Part shown: positions 1 to 9,507 of the stretch, one piece after another
Layout of the letters: every line of letters starts with the position of its first letter
How positions within the stretch are numbered: the first letter of the stretch is position 1
Origin: an uncultured Spirochaetota bacterium
GTDB taxonomy: Bacteria; Spirochaetota; Spirochaetia; SZUA-6; Fen-1364
Reading direction: 5' to 3'
Length of the DNA stretch: 64,000 nucleotides
NCBI GenBank assembly: GCA_963734545.1
Contig: CAVTHO010000001.1
Location: 27,943 to 91,942 of the forward strand
Made by a program: the position numbers and the translations under genes
Notes under the pieces: model-generated
What the model saw: the letters and a program-made list of their open reading frames with translations, nothing else
Told to the model about the DNA's origin: nothing
Database searches by the model: none

Positions 1-2
1 TC

Positions 3-401
3 ATGAAGAACAACATGATCGCCCTCCCGGAAGGGCTGACGGCGGACAAGAACACCTATCCCCCCGACGCGGCGGGTTTCTGGTTCACCAACAAGGATCA
101 ATTCCCGCCGTTCGCAACCTGGACCCCTGCATACGTCCAGCATCGGAAGGACATCGTGGACAAGGGATTCCTGGTTCCCACTCCGTTCGTCGCCTTCTCT
201 GCCTCCACCGACGAGGTGAAAACAGAGGTTGCCAACGCCAACCAGACCATGGTCCAGTACGTGCAGCCGCTGTGGATCGGGATCAGCGACGATGTCGATG
301 CCTCCTTCGCCACACTGGATCAGAAGCTCAAGGCGGCCGGAGTGGAAAAGCTCCGCGCCACCTTCCAGGGCCAGGTCGACGAGTACATGAAACGATTCTA
401 G
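3..401 (+). CDS. C-terminal part of an extracellular sugar-binding protein (DUF3502-like C-terminus), truncated by the window start
   Basis: ORF ends in LKAAGVEKLRATFQGQVDEY, typical of the C-terminus of sugar solute-binding proteins. Confidence 0.6.
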   Translation: MKNNMIALPEGLTADKNTYPPDAAGFWFTNKDQFPPFATWTPAYVQHRKDIVDKGFLVPTPFVAFSASTDEVKTEVANANQTMVQYVQPLWIGISDDVDASFATLDQKLKAAGVEKLRATFQGQVDEYMKRF

Positions 402-412
402 ACGCTTTCCGC

Positions 413-435
413 AGCGGGTGCCGCAGGCACCCGCT
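413..435. terminator. GC-rich hairpin between convergent genes, probable terminator
   Basis: AGCGGGTGCC-GCA-GGCACCCGCT perfect 10-bp stem; U-tails weak. Confidence 0.5.
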
Positions 436-1210
436 ACGGGCTCTTTGATATTGGCGAAGCCACACGACCCGCGAGCAGCTCGGAGAGGGGATCGCAGTCC
501 TGCCGGGTAAATCCTACGTGGGAATGGCGCCGCCAACCCTCCGCATGGACGAACCGCCCCGACATGGCCCCCACCGTCCGGGTGAGATCGTGCATTGTCT
601 TCAGGTAGGAATCGAACCCCTGCGTCCTGTCCAGCCAGACCTTCTGGCTGGCGTGGCAGGCAAGGAGCTTCTCCTTGCGGTCCATGACGGCGCCCACATC
701 CACGTACAGCTCGGGGACCACGGGCCGGCGCATCATGTCCGTGAGGGTGTGCGGGGTGGCGTGGTAGAGCATGGCATCTTCGAACACGGCCGGCGCATCG
801 GGAATGGATCGGTAGCTCCCCGCGTTGCGCAGGAATGTTCCCGTCACGGCGATGCGCGCCGTGTTCATGTGATCTTCCATGTAGTCCTCCATGGACTGTG
901 TGAGCACGATGTCGGGCGTGACCAGACGCACCAGGCCGGTGATCCTGCGTATCAACTCCTGCGTGTAGAAGACCTCGAGATCGTCCACGAGACTCTCGTG
1001 GAGCACCGAGCCCAGCAGTGCCGCTGACTGAGCCGCCTCCTTCCAGCGGATGGCGGAGATCTCCGCCGGCGGCAGATCCGCACTGCCAATGCTTCCGTTT
1101 GCCACGTTGATGTGATGGATCACGCACCCTGCATCCTTCAGGAGCAGCGCGGTGCCCCCCATCATGAACTCCATGTCGTCGGGATGACACGCAACGATAA
1201 GGACGGTCAT
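434..1210 (-). CDS. PIG-L/LmbE family N-acetylsugar deacetylase
   Basis: ACHPDD motif, MEDH, HASQ; ATG at 1210 (alternative GTG at 1225). Confidence 0.85.
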   Translation of the reverse strand: MTVLIVACHPDDMEFMMGGTALLLKDAGCVIHHINVANGSIGSADLPPAEISAIRWKEAAQSAALLGSVLHESLVDDLEVFYTQELIRRITGLVRLVTPDIVLTQSMEDYMEDHMNTARIAVTGTFLRNAGSYRSIPDAPAVFEDAMLYHATPHTLTDMMRRPVVPELYVDVGAVMDRKEKLLACHASQKVWLDRTQGFDSYLKTMHDLTRTVGAMSGRFVHAEGWRRHSHVGFTRQDCDPLSELLAGRVASPISKSP

Positions 1211-1224
1211 CGTCTCTTTCCTCA

Positions 1225-2751
1225 CTACTCGGCCCTCTCCACGCCCACCAGGGTGATGTCGTCGTCGTAGGATTCGTTGCCCCGCCAGGTTCTTACATCA
1301 GAGGCTATTCGCGCAACTGCCGCTGAAAGACTGTCCTTCCTCGTCGCGCGGGCGAAGGCAAGGAGGCGATCCCGGGAGAACGCCTCGGAGTGGAGGTTGC
1401 CGCAATCGGTGAGACCGTCGGAGTAGAGGAGCAGCCGGTCCCCCGGCGCGAAAGAGATCGCCGCCTCCGTGAGCGTCAGGCGGGGGGAGAGCCCCACCGC
1501 GTGGCCATCCACCCTGATCTCCTCGATCCGCTCGTCCTTTCGCACGACGAGAGGGAAGGGATGACCGGCCCGGACCATGCGCATTTTTCCGGTTTTCAGA
1601 TCGATGACCCCATAACAGATCGAGAAAAAGGCCCCATCGCCGAATCCCTGGAACAGCTCATTCATGCGCACGACGACCTCGCGCGGCGAGAGCGGGTCGG
1701 TGTTGAGGAACGGCAGCGTCCTTCCCCGCGCGGGGTCCGGCGCCAGAAGCCTGCTCACCAGGTACGCCATGGAAGCGGCCGCGATTCCATGGCCCATCAC
1801 GTCCACGATGAAGAGACCCGCGTGCGTGTCATCGATGGGGTAAAAGTTGTACACGTCTCCCGCGCCGAAGGCCGCAGGCAGGAGGAACCCGTGCATCGTG
1901 AAACCTCCCAGTGACGTTCCGCTTGCCGGGAGGAGGCTCTTGTGGACTTTCGCGGCGGATCGGAGCTCCTCCTCGACGATGCCCTCCACCCTCCGGGGCT
2001 CGGTGTTGTCGCGGAAGGAGAGGACAATGCCGCGCACCATGCCGCGTTCATCGCGGTACGGCTCGAGATTCAGGTCGACGGTGCGCCGGATCCCGCTTTC
2101 CGTAAGGAGAGTGCAGTTGCGGTAGCCGGCCCTGTTGCCGTCAAGAATCACCTCGTCGAGAGGCAAAGGGGTCTCCTGCCGGCCGCGATGCTTGATGATC
2201 TTGACCAGGCTCATCACCGATGTGGAGAGGGGGAGGGGCAGGGTGAGGTTCAGGAGATTTGCCGCGGTGGCATTGATGTACTCCACGCCGCCTTTGATGC
2301 CCGCCACGATGATGCCGTCTCCGAAGGACTGGAGCACGGTGGTAAGCCTTTCCTTGGCCCGGCGCAGCTCTTCGTGGAGGGCGGCCTTGTGCAGCGCCAT
2401 CTCGATCGAGGCTTCCAGCGCCCGTTCGTCGAACGGCTTCAGGACGTAGCCGAACGGCTCGGTCAGCTTGGCCTTCTCCAGCGTGTCCGAGTCGGAATAG
2501 GAGGTCAGGTAAATGACCGGCACGTGGTAGGAGTCCTTGATGATCCCGGCAGCCTCTATCCCGTCCATCGCGCCGGTCAGGTGGATATCCATCAACACGA
2601 GGTCGGGCTCCATTGCCTGGACCTCCCGCACCGCATTTTCCCCCGAGGACACGACCGCGGGAACCTCGTACGAGACGCTCTCCAGGTAGGTGCGGATGGC
2701 AAGCCCGACGAGCTCTTCATCTTCCACCACGAGGATGCGTGCTTTTTTCAT
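1225..2751 (-). CDS. Response regulator receiver + PAS + PP2C (SpoIIE/RsbU-like) phosphatase
   Basis: ILVVEDE and LMDIHL receiver; PAS; GDVY, DVMGHG, AGHP, LYSDG and DDIT PP2C motifs. Confidence 0.9.
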   Translation of the reverse strand: MKKARILVVEDEELVGLAIRTYLESVSYEVPAVVSSGENAVREVQAMEPDLVLMDIHLTGAMDGIEAAGIIKDSYHVPVIYLTSYSDSDTLEKAKLTEPFGYVLKPFDERALEASIEMALHKAALHEELRRAKERLTTVLQSFGDGIIVAGIKGGVEYINATAANLLNLTLPLPLSTSVMSLVKIIKHRGRQETPLPLDEVILDGNRAGYRNCTLLTESGIRRTVDLNLEPYRDERGMVRGIVLSFRDNTEPRRVEGIVEEELRSAAKVHKSLLPASGTSLGGFTMHGFLLPAAFGAGDVYNFYPIDDTHAGLFIVDVMGHGIAAASMAYLVSRLLAPDPARGRTLPFLNTDPLSPREVVVRMNELFQGFGDGAFFSICYGVIDLKTGKMRMVRAGHPFPLVVRKDERIEEIRVDGHAVGLSPRLTLTEAAISFAPGDRLLLYSDGLTDCGNLHSEAFSRDRLLAFARATRKDSLSAAVARIASDVRTWRGNESYDDDITLVGVERAE

Positions 2752-2764
2752 CGCTCTCACCTTC

Positions 2765-4564
2765 TTACTCCTCTTCACTCTGCTCGGGGGCGCTGGCGGA
2801 CAGCCGGGGGAACTCGATCTCGAGCCGTGTGCCCTGCGGGCCCCTGCTCACGCGCAGGCTCCCCTGGAGTTGTTTGGCAAGCCGGGAAACGATCTGCATG
2901 CCGAGCGTGCCCGCCGTTTCCGGGTCCACTTCCGGCGGTATCCCCACGCCGGTGTCCGCGACCGAAAGCAGGACACGGTCATCGTCCGTGCGCGCGAGCT
3001 CGACGCGAAGCTCCCGCTTCTCGAAAACCATGCCGCGCGGGAAGGCATGCCGCAGGACGTTCGTGCACAGCTCGTTGACGATGAGCCCGCAGGGGATCGC
3101 CTGGTTCACCCCGAGACTCAGCGGCTGCGTCAGGGGAACGAACGCTATTCCTCCCTCCGTGCGGTACGCGGCGAGCAGGCGGCCGACGAGCCGCTGGAGG
3201 TAGCCGCCGAAATCGATATGGCTGAAATCCTTGGATCGATAGAGGTCCTCGTGCACGAGCGCCATTGAGAGGACCTGGTTGCGCGAATCCTGAATGGCCG
3301 CGCGGGCGCTTTCACTCTCGATGCGGCTCTCCTGCAGGTAGAGGAGGCTCGAGATGATCTGGAGGTTGTTTTTCACGCGATGGTGGATCTCCTTCAGGAG
3401 AACCGTCTTTTCCTGGAGGGAGGCGAGGATCTGCTGTTCGGCCTGCATGACTTCGGTGACATCGTGGCTGATTGATCCTATCCGGTAGCCCTGGTCGGTA
3501 CGGATAAGGAACTCGTTCTGCCGAAACGAGCGCAGGGTGCCGTCAGGACGCTGTATGGCGTCTTCGATCTGGCGGGAAAGAAGCGGCGGCTCCTGAGGGG
3601 CGAGCGCTTCCCGGTAGTGTCCTTCGACTCTGGACAGATAGTCGTCCGTGAGGCGCGTGCGGGGCATCGCCTTCATGGCGAGGCTCCAGATCGGATTGCC
3701 AATGACATCCGCGGCGGGAATCCCCGTGAGAAGCTCGGAGGCCTTGTTGTAGACGATGACGATTCCCTCCTCGTCGGTCATGACGATCGATTCGCTCGAT
3801 TGCTCGATAAAAGTTCGGAATTTTTCCTCGCTGGCGACAAGTGCCTGTTTCACGATTCCCGCCTCGACCAGGTCTCTGGACCTCTGGGCAGCGATGAAGA
3901 CCACCGCGGCCAGCCACCCGTACTGGACGAGGTAGATGAAGGAGTACAGGCCAAAGGCAACCGCAAAGTCGCTGATATAGGCGACGCAGACGATCCCGAG
4001 CAGCCAGAAGAGCCTGCGCGCGTCCCGACCATGACCGCTGCGGCCGTACCGCCAGGTAATCCACAGGAAGTAAGCGAAGAGGGCGATCCCGGTGAAGTAC
4101 TGGACGGTCGTCAGTATTCCCGGCGCGACTTCGAGGAAAACGACGGAAAGCCCGAATGGCAGGCTCACGCGTGTCGTGACCAGCCTGGCCGGGTCCCATG
4201 TCAGGCTCCCGAACCCGGCAATCTGGATGAAGACGCTGATACCGCACCAGGCGGCAAAAGCGAGGAAGTGGCCCTTCGGCACCTGCCGGGTGCGGTCGGA
4301 AAGATACCAGAGGAAGGAGAGCGCCACGAGATTGAGAATGATCGCCTGGGCCCTCAGCCACGGGATGCTCTGCAGGGCCGACTCGACATTGTATTCTCCC
4401 GCGCATGCGATATCATAGAGACCGGCCAGAAAGCAGGTGACCGCGAAGGAGAGATCGTAGATGTTGCCCCTGCGGCGCCACCAGATGAGGAACTCGTACA
4501 GCACGACCGTCAGGCAGACGAATCCCATCCCGATGGGGAAGAACGGATAAAGCTTCACTATCAC
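2765..4564 (-). CDS. Membrane sensor histidine kinase (multi-TM N-terminus, PAS, HisKA_2/HATPase)
   Basis: EIHHRVKNNLQ H-box, NELCTN, DTGVG, GTLGM; about 7 hydrophobic segments; start may be GTG 4558. Confidence 0.9.
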   Translation of the reverse strand: MIVKLYPFFPIGMGFVCLTVVLYEFLIWWRRRGNIYDLSFAVTCFLAGLYDIACAGEYNVESALQSIPWLRAQAIILNLVALSFLWYLSDRTRQVPKGHFLAFAAWCGISVFIQIAGFGSLTWDPARLVTTRVSLPFGLSVVFLEVAPGILTTVQYFTGIALFAYFLWITWRYGRSGHGRDARRLFWLLGIVCVAYISDFAVAFGLYSFIYLVQYGWLAAVVFIAAQRSRDLVEAGIVKQALVASEEKFRTFIEQSSESIVMTDEEGIVIVYNKASELLTGIPAADVIGNPIWSLAMKAMPRTRLTDDYLSRVEGHYREALAPQEPPLLSRQIEDAIQRPDGTLRSFRQNEFLIRTDQGYRIGSISHDVTEVMQAEQQILASLQEKTVLLKEIHHRVKNNLQIISSLLYLQESRIESESARAAIQDSRNQVLSMALVHEDLYRSKDFSHIDFGGYLQRLVGRLLAAYRTEGGIAFVPLTQPLSLGVNQAIPCGLIVNELCTNVLRHAFPRGMVFEKRELRVELARTDDDRVLLSVADTGVGIPPEVDPETAGTLGMQIVSRLAKQLQGSLRVSRGPQGTRLEIEFPRLSASAPEQSEEE

Positions 4565-4622
4565 TTAATCTACCACGCGATGCAGCCGATTCACAAAACG
4601 CGGGGGTCGGCGGATTTTTCAC

Positions 4623-4651
4623 TTGACAGGCGCCGCTCCTGTTGGTATTCT
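4623..4651 (+). promoter_or_regulatory. sigma70-type promoter with extended -10, no long ORF downstream
   Basis: TTGACA(4623-28), 17 bp, TATTCT(4646-51), with TG at 4643-44. Confidence 0.75.
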
Positions 4652-4802
4652 CTGCACGATTTGGCTGTCTGGTCGCCGGCTCTCTGGTCCCTGCGCTGCG
4701 CAACATGCGTGCGGCGCAGACTGGAGAACCGGCTTTTTTTGTGGATCATCCGACCGCGGACGGAAATAAGAGTCCTGCGAAGGCAGGGAAAGGAGGTGCG
4801 GA

Positions 4803-4850
4803 GTGAAGAACGAAAACGAAATGCCTGACCAGAGGTGGTCGGGCGTCTAG
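4803..4850 (+). CDS. Putative 15-aa peptide (M)KNENEMPDQRWSGV
   Basis: AAAGGAGGT SD at 4789-4797, 5 nt before GTG 4803; TAG 4848-50. Confidence 0.3.
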   Translation: MKNENEMPDQRWSGV

Positions 4851-4860
4851 ACAGTCCAAA

Positions 4861-4892
4861 GTGGCCGTCCCTGGACTCTTGGGGACGGCCAC
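4861..4892. terminator. Hairpin, probable terminator of the ABC operon (possibly bidirectional)
   Basis: GTGGCCGTCCC/GGGACGGCCAC 11-bp stem next to the permease stop; TTT follows on the minus strand. Confidence 0.6.
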
Positions 4893-4894
4893 CC

Positions 4895-5743
4895 TTATTC
4901 CTTGATCCCGCCGGACGTCATTCCCATGACGATGTATTTCTGGAATATGACCGCGATCAGGACCGGCGGGAGCGAAGCAATCACCCCTCCCATGGCGATC
5001 ATCTCGTAGTCCACGTAATGTTTGCCGCTGAACTCCGCGATGGCCACGGGGATGGTCTTGGCCGCGAGGGTCGAAGTGAAGACAAGGGCGAAGAAGAACT
5101 CATCCCATGCGATCAGGAACGAAAGAATCGCCGTGGCAATGATCCCCGGCCGCGCCATGGGCACATAGATGTGCCAGAGCACCTGCAGGCGGCTGCACCC
5201 TTCGATCGAAGCTGCCTCCTCGAACGTCCGGCTGAGGGACCCGAAGTAGCTCTGCATCACCCAGATCACGAACGGCAGCGACATGGTGAGATACAGCAGG
5301 ATGAGCGTGGGACGGGAGTTGAGCATGCCCAGCTTGCTGAGAAGGAGGTACAGGGGCATGACGACGACGACGGACGGCACCATGTACGTGAAAAGGATCA
5401 GGTACATGATTTTCCCCTTGAACGCGAACCGCAGGCGCGCGAACGCGTAGGAGGCGAGCGAGCCGAGGACCAGGGAGACGACCGTGGCCGCGCCCGCAAC
5501 GATGAGGCTGTTGCCCATGGCGACCTTGAACGCGAATGCGATGTCGTTGTCGTGGTTCGCAATGACGTCCCCATACCTCTGGAAGGTGACCTCCGGCGGG
5601 ATGAGCCGCAGCGGCTTGGAAATGATGTTGCGATGGATGGAAAGGGAAGTAATCATCAGCCAGAGGATCGGCGCAAGGGCGAAGACGAGCACGAGGAAGC
5701 CCGAGAAGTATTGCACCCAGGGGAAAATGCGGCTCCTGGTCAT
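4895..5743 (-). CDS. Carbohydrate ABC transporter permease (MalG-like)
   Basis: EEAASIEGCS EAA loop, WDEFFFA, GGIKE end; ATG 5743 overlaps the upstream stop (ATGA). Confidence 0.92.
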   Translation of the reverse strand: MTRSRIFPWVQYFSGFLVLVFALAPILWLMITSLSIHRNIISKPLRLIPPEVTFQRYGDVIANHDNDIAFAFKVAMGNSLIVAGAATVVSLVLGSLASYAFARLRFAFKGKIMYLILFTYMVPSVVVVMPLYLLLSKLGMLNSRPTLILLYLTMSLPFVIWVMQSYFGSLSRTFEEAASIEGCSRLQVLWHIYVPMARPGIIATAILSFLIAWDEFFFALVFTSTLAAKTIPVAIAEFSGKHYVDYEMIAMGGVIASLPPVLIAVIFQKYIVMGMTSGGIKE

Positions 5744-6639
5744 TGATCCCCCACTTCCCTGCGCTTCATGCTCCTGATGTACAGGACCGTGAAGACGAGC
5801 ACGATGATCGCAATCAGGTACGACACCGTGGATGAGATCGAGTACTGGAGATTGGCGAACGCTTTCAGGTATGCCTCGTAGACCAGGACCTTGGTTCCAT
5901 TGGACGGACCGCCCCGTGTCATGACGTAGAAGATGTCGAAGGCCTTGAACTTCTCCACCGTGCGCATGACCACCACGACGGAGAGCGTCGGCACCAGGTA
6001 CGGCAGGGTGATGTGCCAGAACCTCTTGAAGACGCCCGCACCGTCCACTGTCGCCGCCTCGTAGAGCGACTTGTTGATGAATTGAAGGGCCGCCAGGAAA
6101 AAGATGATGGCGAACGGGGTCATCTTCCACACGTCCGCCGCGATCACCATGTTCATTGCCAGGAACGGATCGCTCAGCCAGGCGCGGTACTCCGCAAGGA
6201 TGTGCAGCCGGGTGAGCACCGCGTTCAGGACGCCATACTCGGGATTGTAGATCCACTTCCATATGCTTGCGTTCACGATGCCGGGTATGGCCCAGGGCAC
6301 AATGACCAGCACGCGCAGAAAACCCACGCCCAGGAACCGCGTGTTCAGGAGGAGCGCGGCGAGCAGACCGAGCATTGTCTCAAGCGCCACCGACACGCCG
6401 GTGAAGTAAAGGGTCCGCGCGAGCGCCTGCCAGAACCAGGCGGAGGCAAGGACCTGGATATAGTTCCAGAGCCCGAGAAACTTCCCGCGTTCCGCGGAGA
6501 TCAGCTCCATGTTTTTCAGGCTGTAGATGAACGTCGTGACAAGCGGGACCAGCACGACGCCGAAAATGACCACGGCGGCAGGGGCAAGGATGAGAAACGC
6601 AAACTGCTGCTCCGCAAACACCTGCCGCCGTGGAGTCAA
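5740..6639 (-). CDS. Carbohydrate ABC transporter permease (MalF-like)
   Basis: LYEAATVDGA EAA loop, TRGGP. Confidence 0.92.
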   Translation of the reverse strand: MTPRRQVFAEQQFAFLILAPAAVVIFGVVLVPLVTTFIYSLKNMELISAERGKFLGLWNYIQVLASAWFWQALARTLYFTGVSVALETMLGLLAALLLNTRFLGVGFLRVLVIVPWAIPGIVNASIWKWIYNPEYGVLNAVLTRLHILAEYRAWLSDPFLAMNMVIAADVWKMTPFAIIFFLAALQFINKSLYEAATVDGAGVFKRFWHITLPYLVPTLSVVVVMRTVEKFKAFDIFYVMTRGGPSNGTKVLVYEAYLKAFANLQYSISSTVSYLIAIIVLVFTVLYIRSMKRREVGDQ

Positions 6640-6654
6640 GAGATCGTCCTCTCT

Positions 6655-7899
6655 CTACTTCTTTGCCGCCAGGGCCGCTGCGAATGCCTGCTCTTCCGCC
6701 AGGGCCTTGTCACTGGTCTTCTTGCCGCGCAGCACGTCCTGGATCCTGGCCTGGAAATCGGTGGAGAACTCGCTGTAGTACGGCAGCGACGGCCTGTTCA
6801 CCAGGTAGGTGTACTGGTCCTTCGCGATTTTGACCACCTCGGGGCTCGACGCAATGACGTCCTTGTCGGCATAGAGGGATTTCCAGATGGGGAGCGCATT
6901 GGCGGGGTGCTTCCGCTGGAAGTCCTTGGACGCCATGTACAGGATATACTGCCACGCGGCCTTGTCCTGCTTTGTGCCCGCGGAGATCGAGAGGGGCTGG
7001 CCTCCGTTCACCGTGGCGCTGGCCACCGCGCCCGATCCCGGGATGAGGGCAACGGCCACGTCGTTCACGACCTTGGACTTCGAAGGGTCCCGGGCTCCGT
7101 TGTACATGTATGTCCAGTTCAGCCCGAAGGCAGCGTCACCGTTGCTGAAAGTGGCGAGCACGTCGTCTTCCACGAACTCCAGGGAGTTCGGATTCGTCAC
7201 GCCTTCGGCGAGCGTCTTCACCATGAAATCGAGCGCTCTCTTGTTGCCGGCGGCGGTCAGGGTGGGGTTCCCGTCCTTGTCGAACATGGCGCCGCCGAAT
7301 GCCGCCGACAGGATCGTGTAGTCGCACATCAGGGCTTCCGCCTGCGTCCAGCTCCACGCGATGGGGAACTTCACGAGGCCTTTTGCCTTGATGACCTTTG
7401 CCTGGGAAAGAAGCTCGTCCCAGGTCCTGGGAGGATTGTTGAAACCGGCCGCCGCAAGGATCTTCTTGTTGTAGAAGAGGTACTTGCAGTCGTTGAGCCA
7501 GGGCATGCCCCAGCTTTTTCCATTGTAGACTGTCGAGAGGATCGCCCCGCCGAATATGTCCTTCTGGTCGGCCGCGGAAAGGGCGGGAACTTCCTTGATG
7601 ATGGACGCTTTGGCAAACTTGGCGGTGAACGGACCGTCGCTCAATACCACGTCGTAGCTTCCGGCCTGCGCGGAGGTGATGATCTTTTCCTCGAGCTGCT
7701 CGTACGGCACGAAGGTCAGCACCACCTTGATGTTCGGGTTGGCTTTTTCGAACTCCCGTGTGCCCGCCGTCACATCGTCCTCGCTGTAGCCGGCCTGCTT
7801 CATGAAAAGCGCATTGAGCGTCGTCGGCGCGCCGTACACGCCCGTGGCGACCACCAGCAGCGCGGCCAGAAATCCGAAAATCATTTTCCTCATGACCAT
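6655..7899 (-). CDS. Sugar ABC transporter substrate-binding protein
   Basis: Signal peptide, GMPWLND, PPRTWDEL; GAAGGAAGGAG RBS. Confidence 0.9.
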   Translation of the reverse strand: MVMRKMIFGFLAALLVVATGVYGAPTTLNALFMKQAGYSEDDVTAGTREFEKANPNIKVVLTFVPYEQLEEKIITSAQAGSYDVVLSDGPFTAKFAKASIIKEVPALSAADQKDIFGGAILSTVYNGKSWGMPWLNDCKYLFYNKKILAAAGFNNPPRTWDELLSQAKVIKAKGLVKFPIAWSWTQAEALMCDYTILSAAFGGAMFDKDGNPTLTAAGNKRALDFMVKTLAEGVTNPNSLEFVEDDVLATFSNGDAAFGLNWTYMYNGARDPSKSKVVNDVAVALIPGSGAVASATVNGGQPLSISAGTKQDKAAWQYILYMASKDFQRKHPANALPIWKSLYADKDVIASSPEVVKIAKDQYTYLVNRPSLPYYSEFSTDFQARIQDVLRGKKTSDKALAEEQAFAAALAAKK

Positions 7900-7940
7900 G
7901 CTCCTTCCTTCGAGAGGTTTTTTCGATCCTCTTCAGGCCA

Positions 7941-7957
7941 TACAAGAAGCATGCCCA
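7941..7957 (-). promoter_or_regulatory. Candidate sigma54 (-24/-12) promoter for the ABC operon
   Basis: Minus strand TGGGCATGCTTCTTGTA = GGCATG-N4-TTGT, correct spacing with one mismatch at -12; adjacent to an NtrC-type activator gene. Confidence 0.55.
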
Positions 7958-8122
7958 CCGGGCATGGATGAACAGGCCCTCGAGGGAAAGATTTTCAAAT
8001 AGCCATATCAAAAGGAGTTGCAGGATATGCCGGAGAACCAGCAGGCGCGGAGCAGCCGGACCCGGCAAGCCGGGTGGGGCATATGACGCAGGGCATTGGG
8101 TGTTCTCACCCGTCGGGTGTGC

Positions 8123-9499
8123 TCATCCGGCAGCGATGCCGTGCTTCCTCATACGGTAACGGATCGTGTCCCTCGTAATGCCCAGCTCCCGGGCCGCGGC
8201 CGAGATATTTCCCTTGTGCCGGTGAAGGGCTTCGAAGAGCAGGTCCCGCTCGACCTGCTCCAGCTTGTTGTCCATGGGCGCCGGCGGGCGGCCGGCGGCG
8301 GGCCCGGAATCCGCGGAGTGCCGCGGCGCCTTGATCTCCGGCGGAAGACAATCGAGCTGAACGACGTCCGAAGAGGACAGCACGACCGCCCTCTCCAGAA
8401 TATTGCGAAGCTCGCGCGCATTGCCCGGCCAGGCATAGGTGCAGAGGGCTTCCCGCGCCTTTGCGGAAATCCCCTTCATCGGCTTGCCGATGATGACGGA
8501 CAACTGCGCAAGGAAGTGCTCTGCAAGCGGGAGGATGTCCTCTCTCCTTTCGCGGAGCGGCGGGATCCTGATCGTGATCGTGTTGATCCGGTAGTAGAGA
8601 TCCTCGCGGAAGAGCCCTTCCCGCACCATCGTTGCCAGGTCCTTGTTCGTTGCGCAGATGATGCGCGTCTCCACCCTGATGCGGGCGGTGCTTCCCAGCG
8701 GCTCGAAGGTCTTGTCTTCCATGAAGCGCAGGAGCTTGGCCTGCGTCTTGAGCGGGATCTCGGCGATCTCGTCCAGAAAAAGTATTCCATTGTCGGCGAG
8801 ACATATCCGGCCGGAGAAGTTTTGAACTGCCCCTGTAAAGGCGCCTTTCCTGTAGCCGAACAGCTCGCTCTCAATGAGAGTATCAGGCACCGCCGGGCAG
8901 TTGATGTTGACGAACGGCACGCTGAACCCGGTCTTCGCGCGCTCGGCTGCCAGCGTATGGAGGGTCCGGGCGATCACCTCCTTGCCCGTGCCGCTTTCCC
9001 CGAGGAGGAGCACCGCGGAAGGGGCGGAGGCCACTTTCTCCACGGTTCGCATGATCTCCTTCATCGCCTGACTCTCGTGCACGACGCCCTGCGTCCGACA
9101 GCTCTCCCGGAGCAGCCGGTTTTCGTTCTTCAGGTCTTCCCGCATCAGCGTGTTGCGCACGATGTGCCGGATCACGTCCTTGTTGAATGGTTTTGCAATG
9201 AAATCAGTCGCGCCCCATTTCATGGCTTCCACCGCGTTCTCGATGGAGCCGTAGGCGGTGATCATCACGAGGGGAATGTCGCGGCCCCCCTGCTTGACGA
9301 ATGCCAGCAGGTCCATCCCGCCCTTTTCGGGCATCTTGAGGTCGGAAATGATCAGGTCCGGATCCGCGTTGCTCTCGATGAGCGCGATGGCCCTGGCGCC
9401 ATTGTGCGCCGTGGAGACCTCGTACCCGTCGTCTTCAAGGAGCATTTTCAGGACGCCGCAGATGTTTTCTTCGTCGTCCACCACAAGGATTCTTTTCAT
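8123..9499 (-). CDS. Sigma54-dependent response regulator (NtrC family: REC-AAA-Fis HTH)
   Basis: GESGTGKE, GAFTGA, FLDEI, FREDLYYR, WPGNARELRN, C-terminal HTH. Confidence 0.95.
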   Translation of the reverse strand: MKRILVVDDEENICGVLKMLLEDDGYEVSTAHNGARAIALIESNADPDLIISDLKMPEKGGMDLLAFVKQGGRDIPLVMITAYGSIENAVEAMKWGATDFIAKPFNKDVIRHIVRNTLMREDLKNENRLLRESCRTQGVVHESQAMKEIMRTVEKVASAPSAVLLLGESGTGKEVIARTLHTLAAERAKTGFSVPFVNINCPAVPDTLIESELFGYRKGAFTGAVQNFSGRICLADNGILFLDEIAEIPLKTQAKLLRFMEDKTFEPLGSTARIRVETRIICATNKDLATMVREGLFREDLYYRINTITIRIPPLRERREDILPLAEHFLAQLSVIIGKPMKGISAKAREALCTYAWPGNARELRNILERAVVLSSSDVVQLDCLPPEIKAPRHSADSGPAAGRPPAPMDNKLEQVERDLLFEALHRHKGNISAAARELGITRDTIRYRMRKHGIAAG

Positions 9500-9507
9500 T
9501 CTCTCTC

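Larger units (their letters stand above)
4658..4892 (+). ncRNA. Putative structured RNA (~200-235 nt) of unknown family
   Basis: 5' arm 4660-4689 is complementary to 3' arm 4827-4860; internal hairpin 4675-4733 followed by T7; terminal hairpin 4861-4892. Confidence 0.5.

Noticed and set aside
4658-4892. SRP RNA, RNase P RNA, tmRNA or tRNA identity for the structured element
   Set aside because: Lacks their signature motifs (GGAAGG-AGCAG SRP loop, GAGGAAAGUCC, TTCGA T-loop/CCA)
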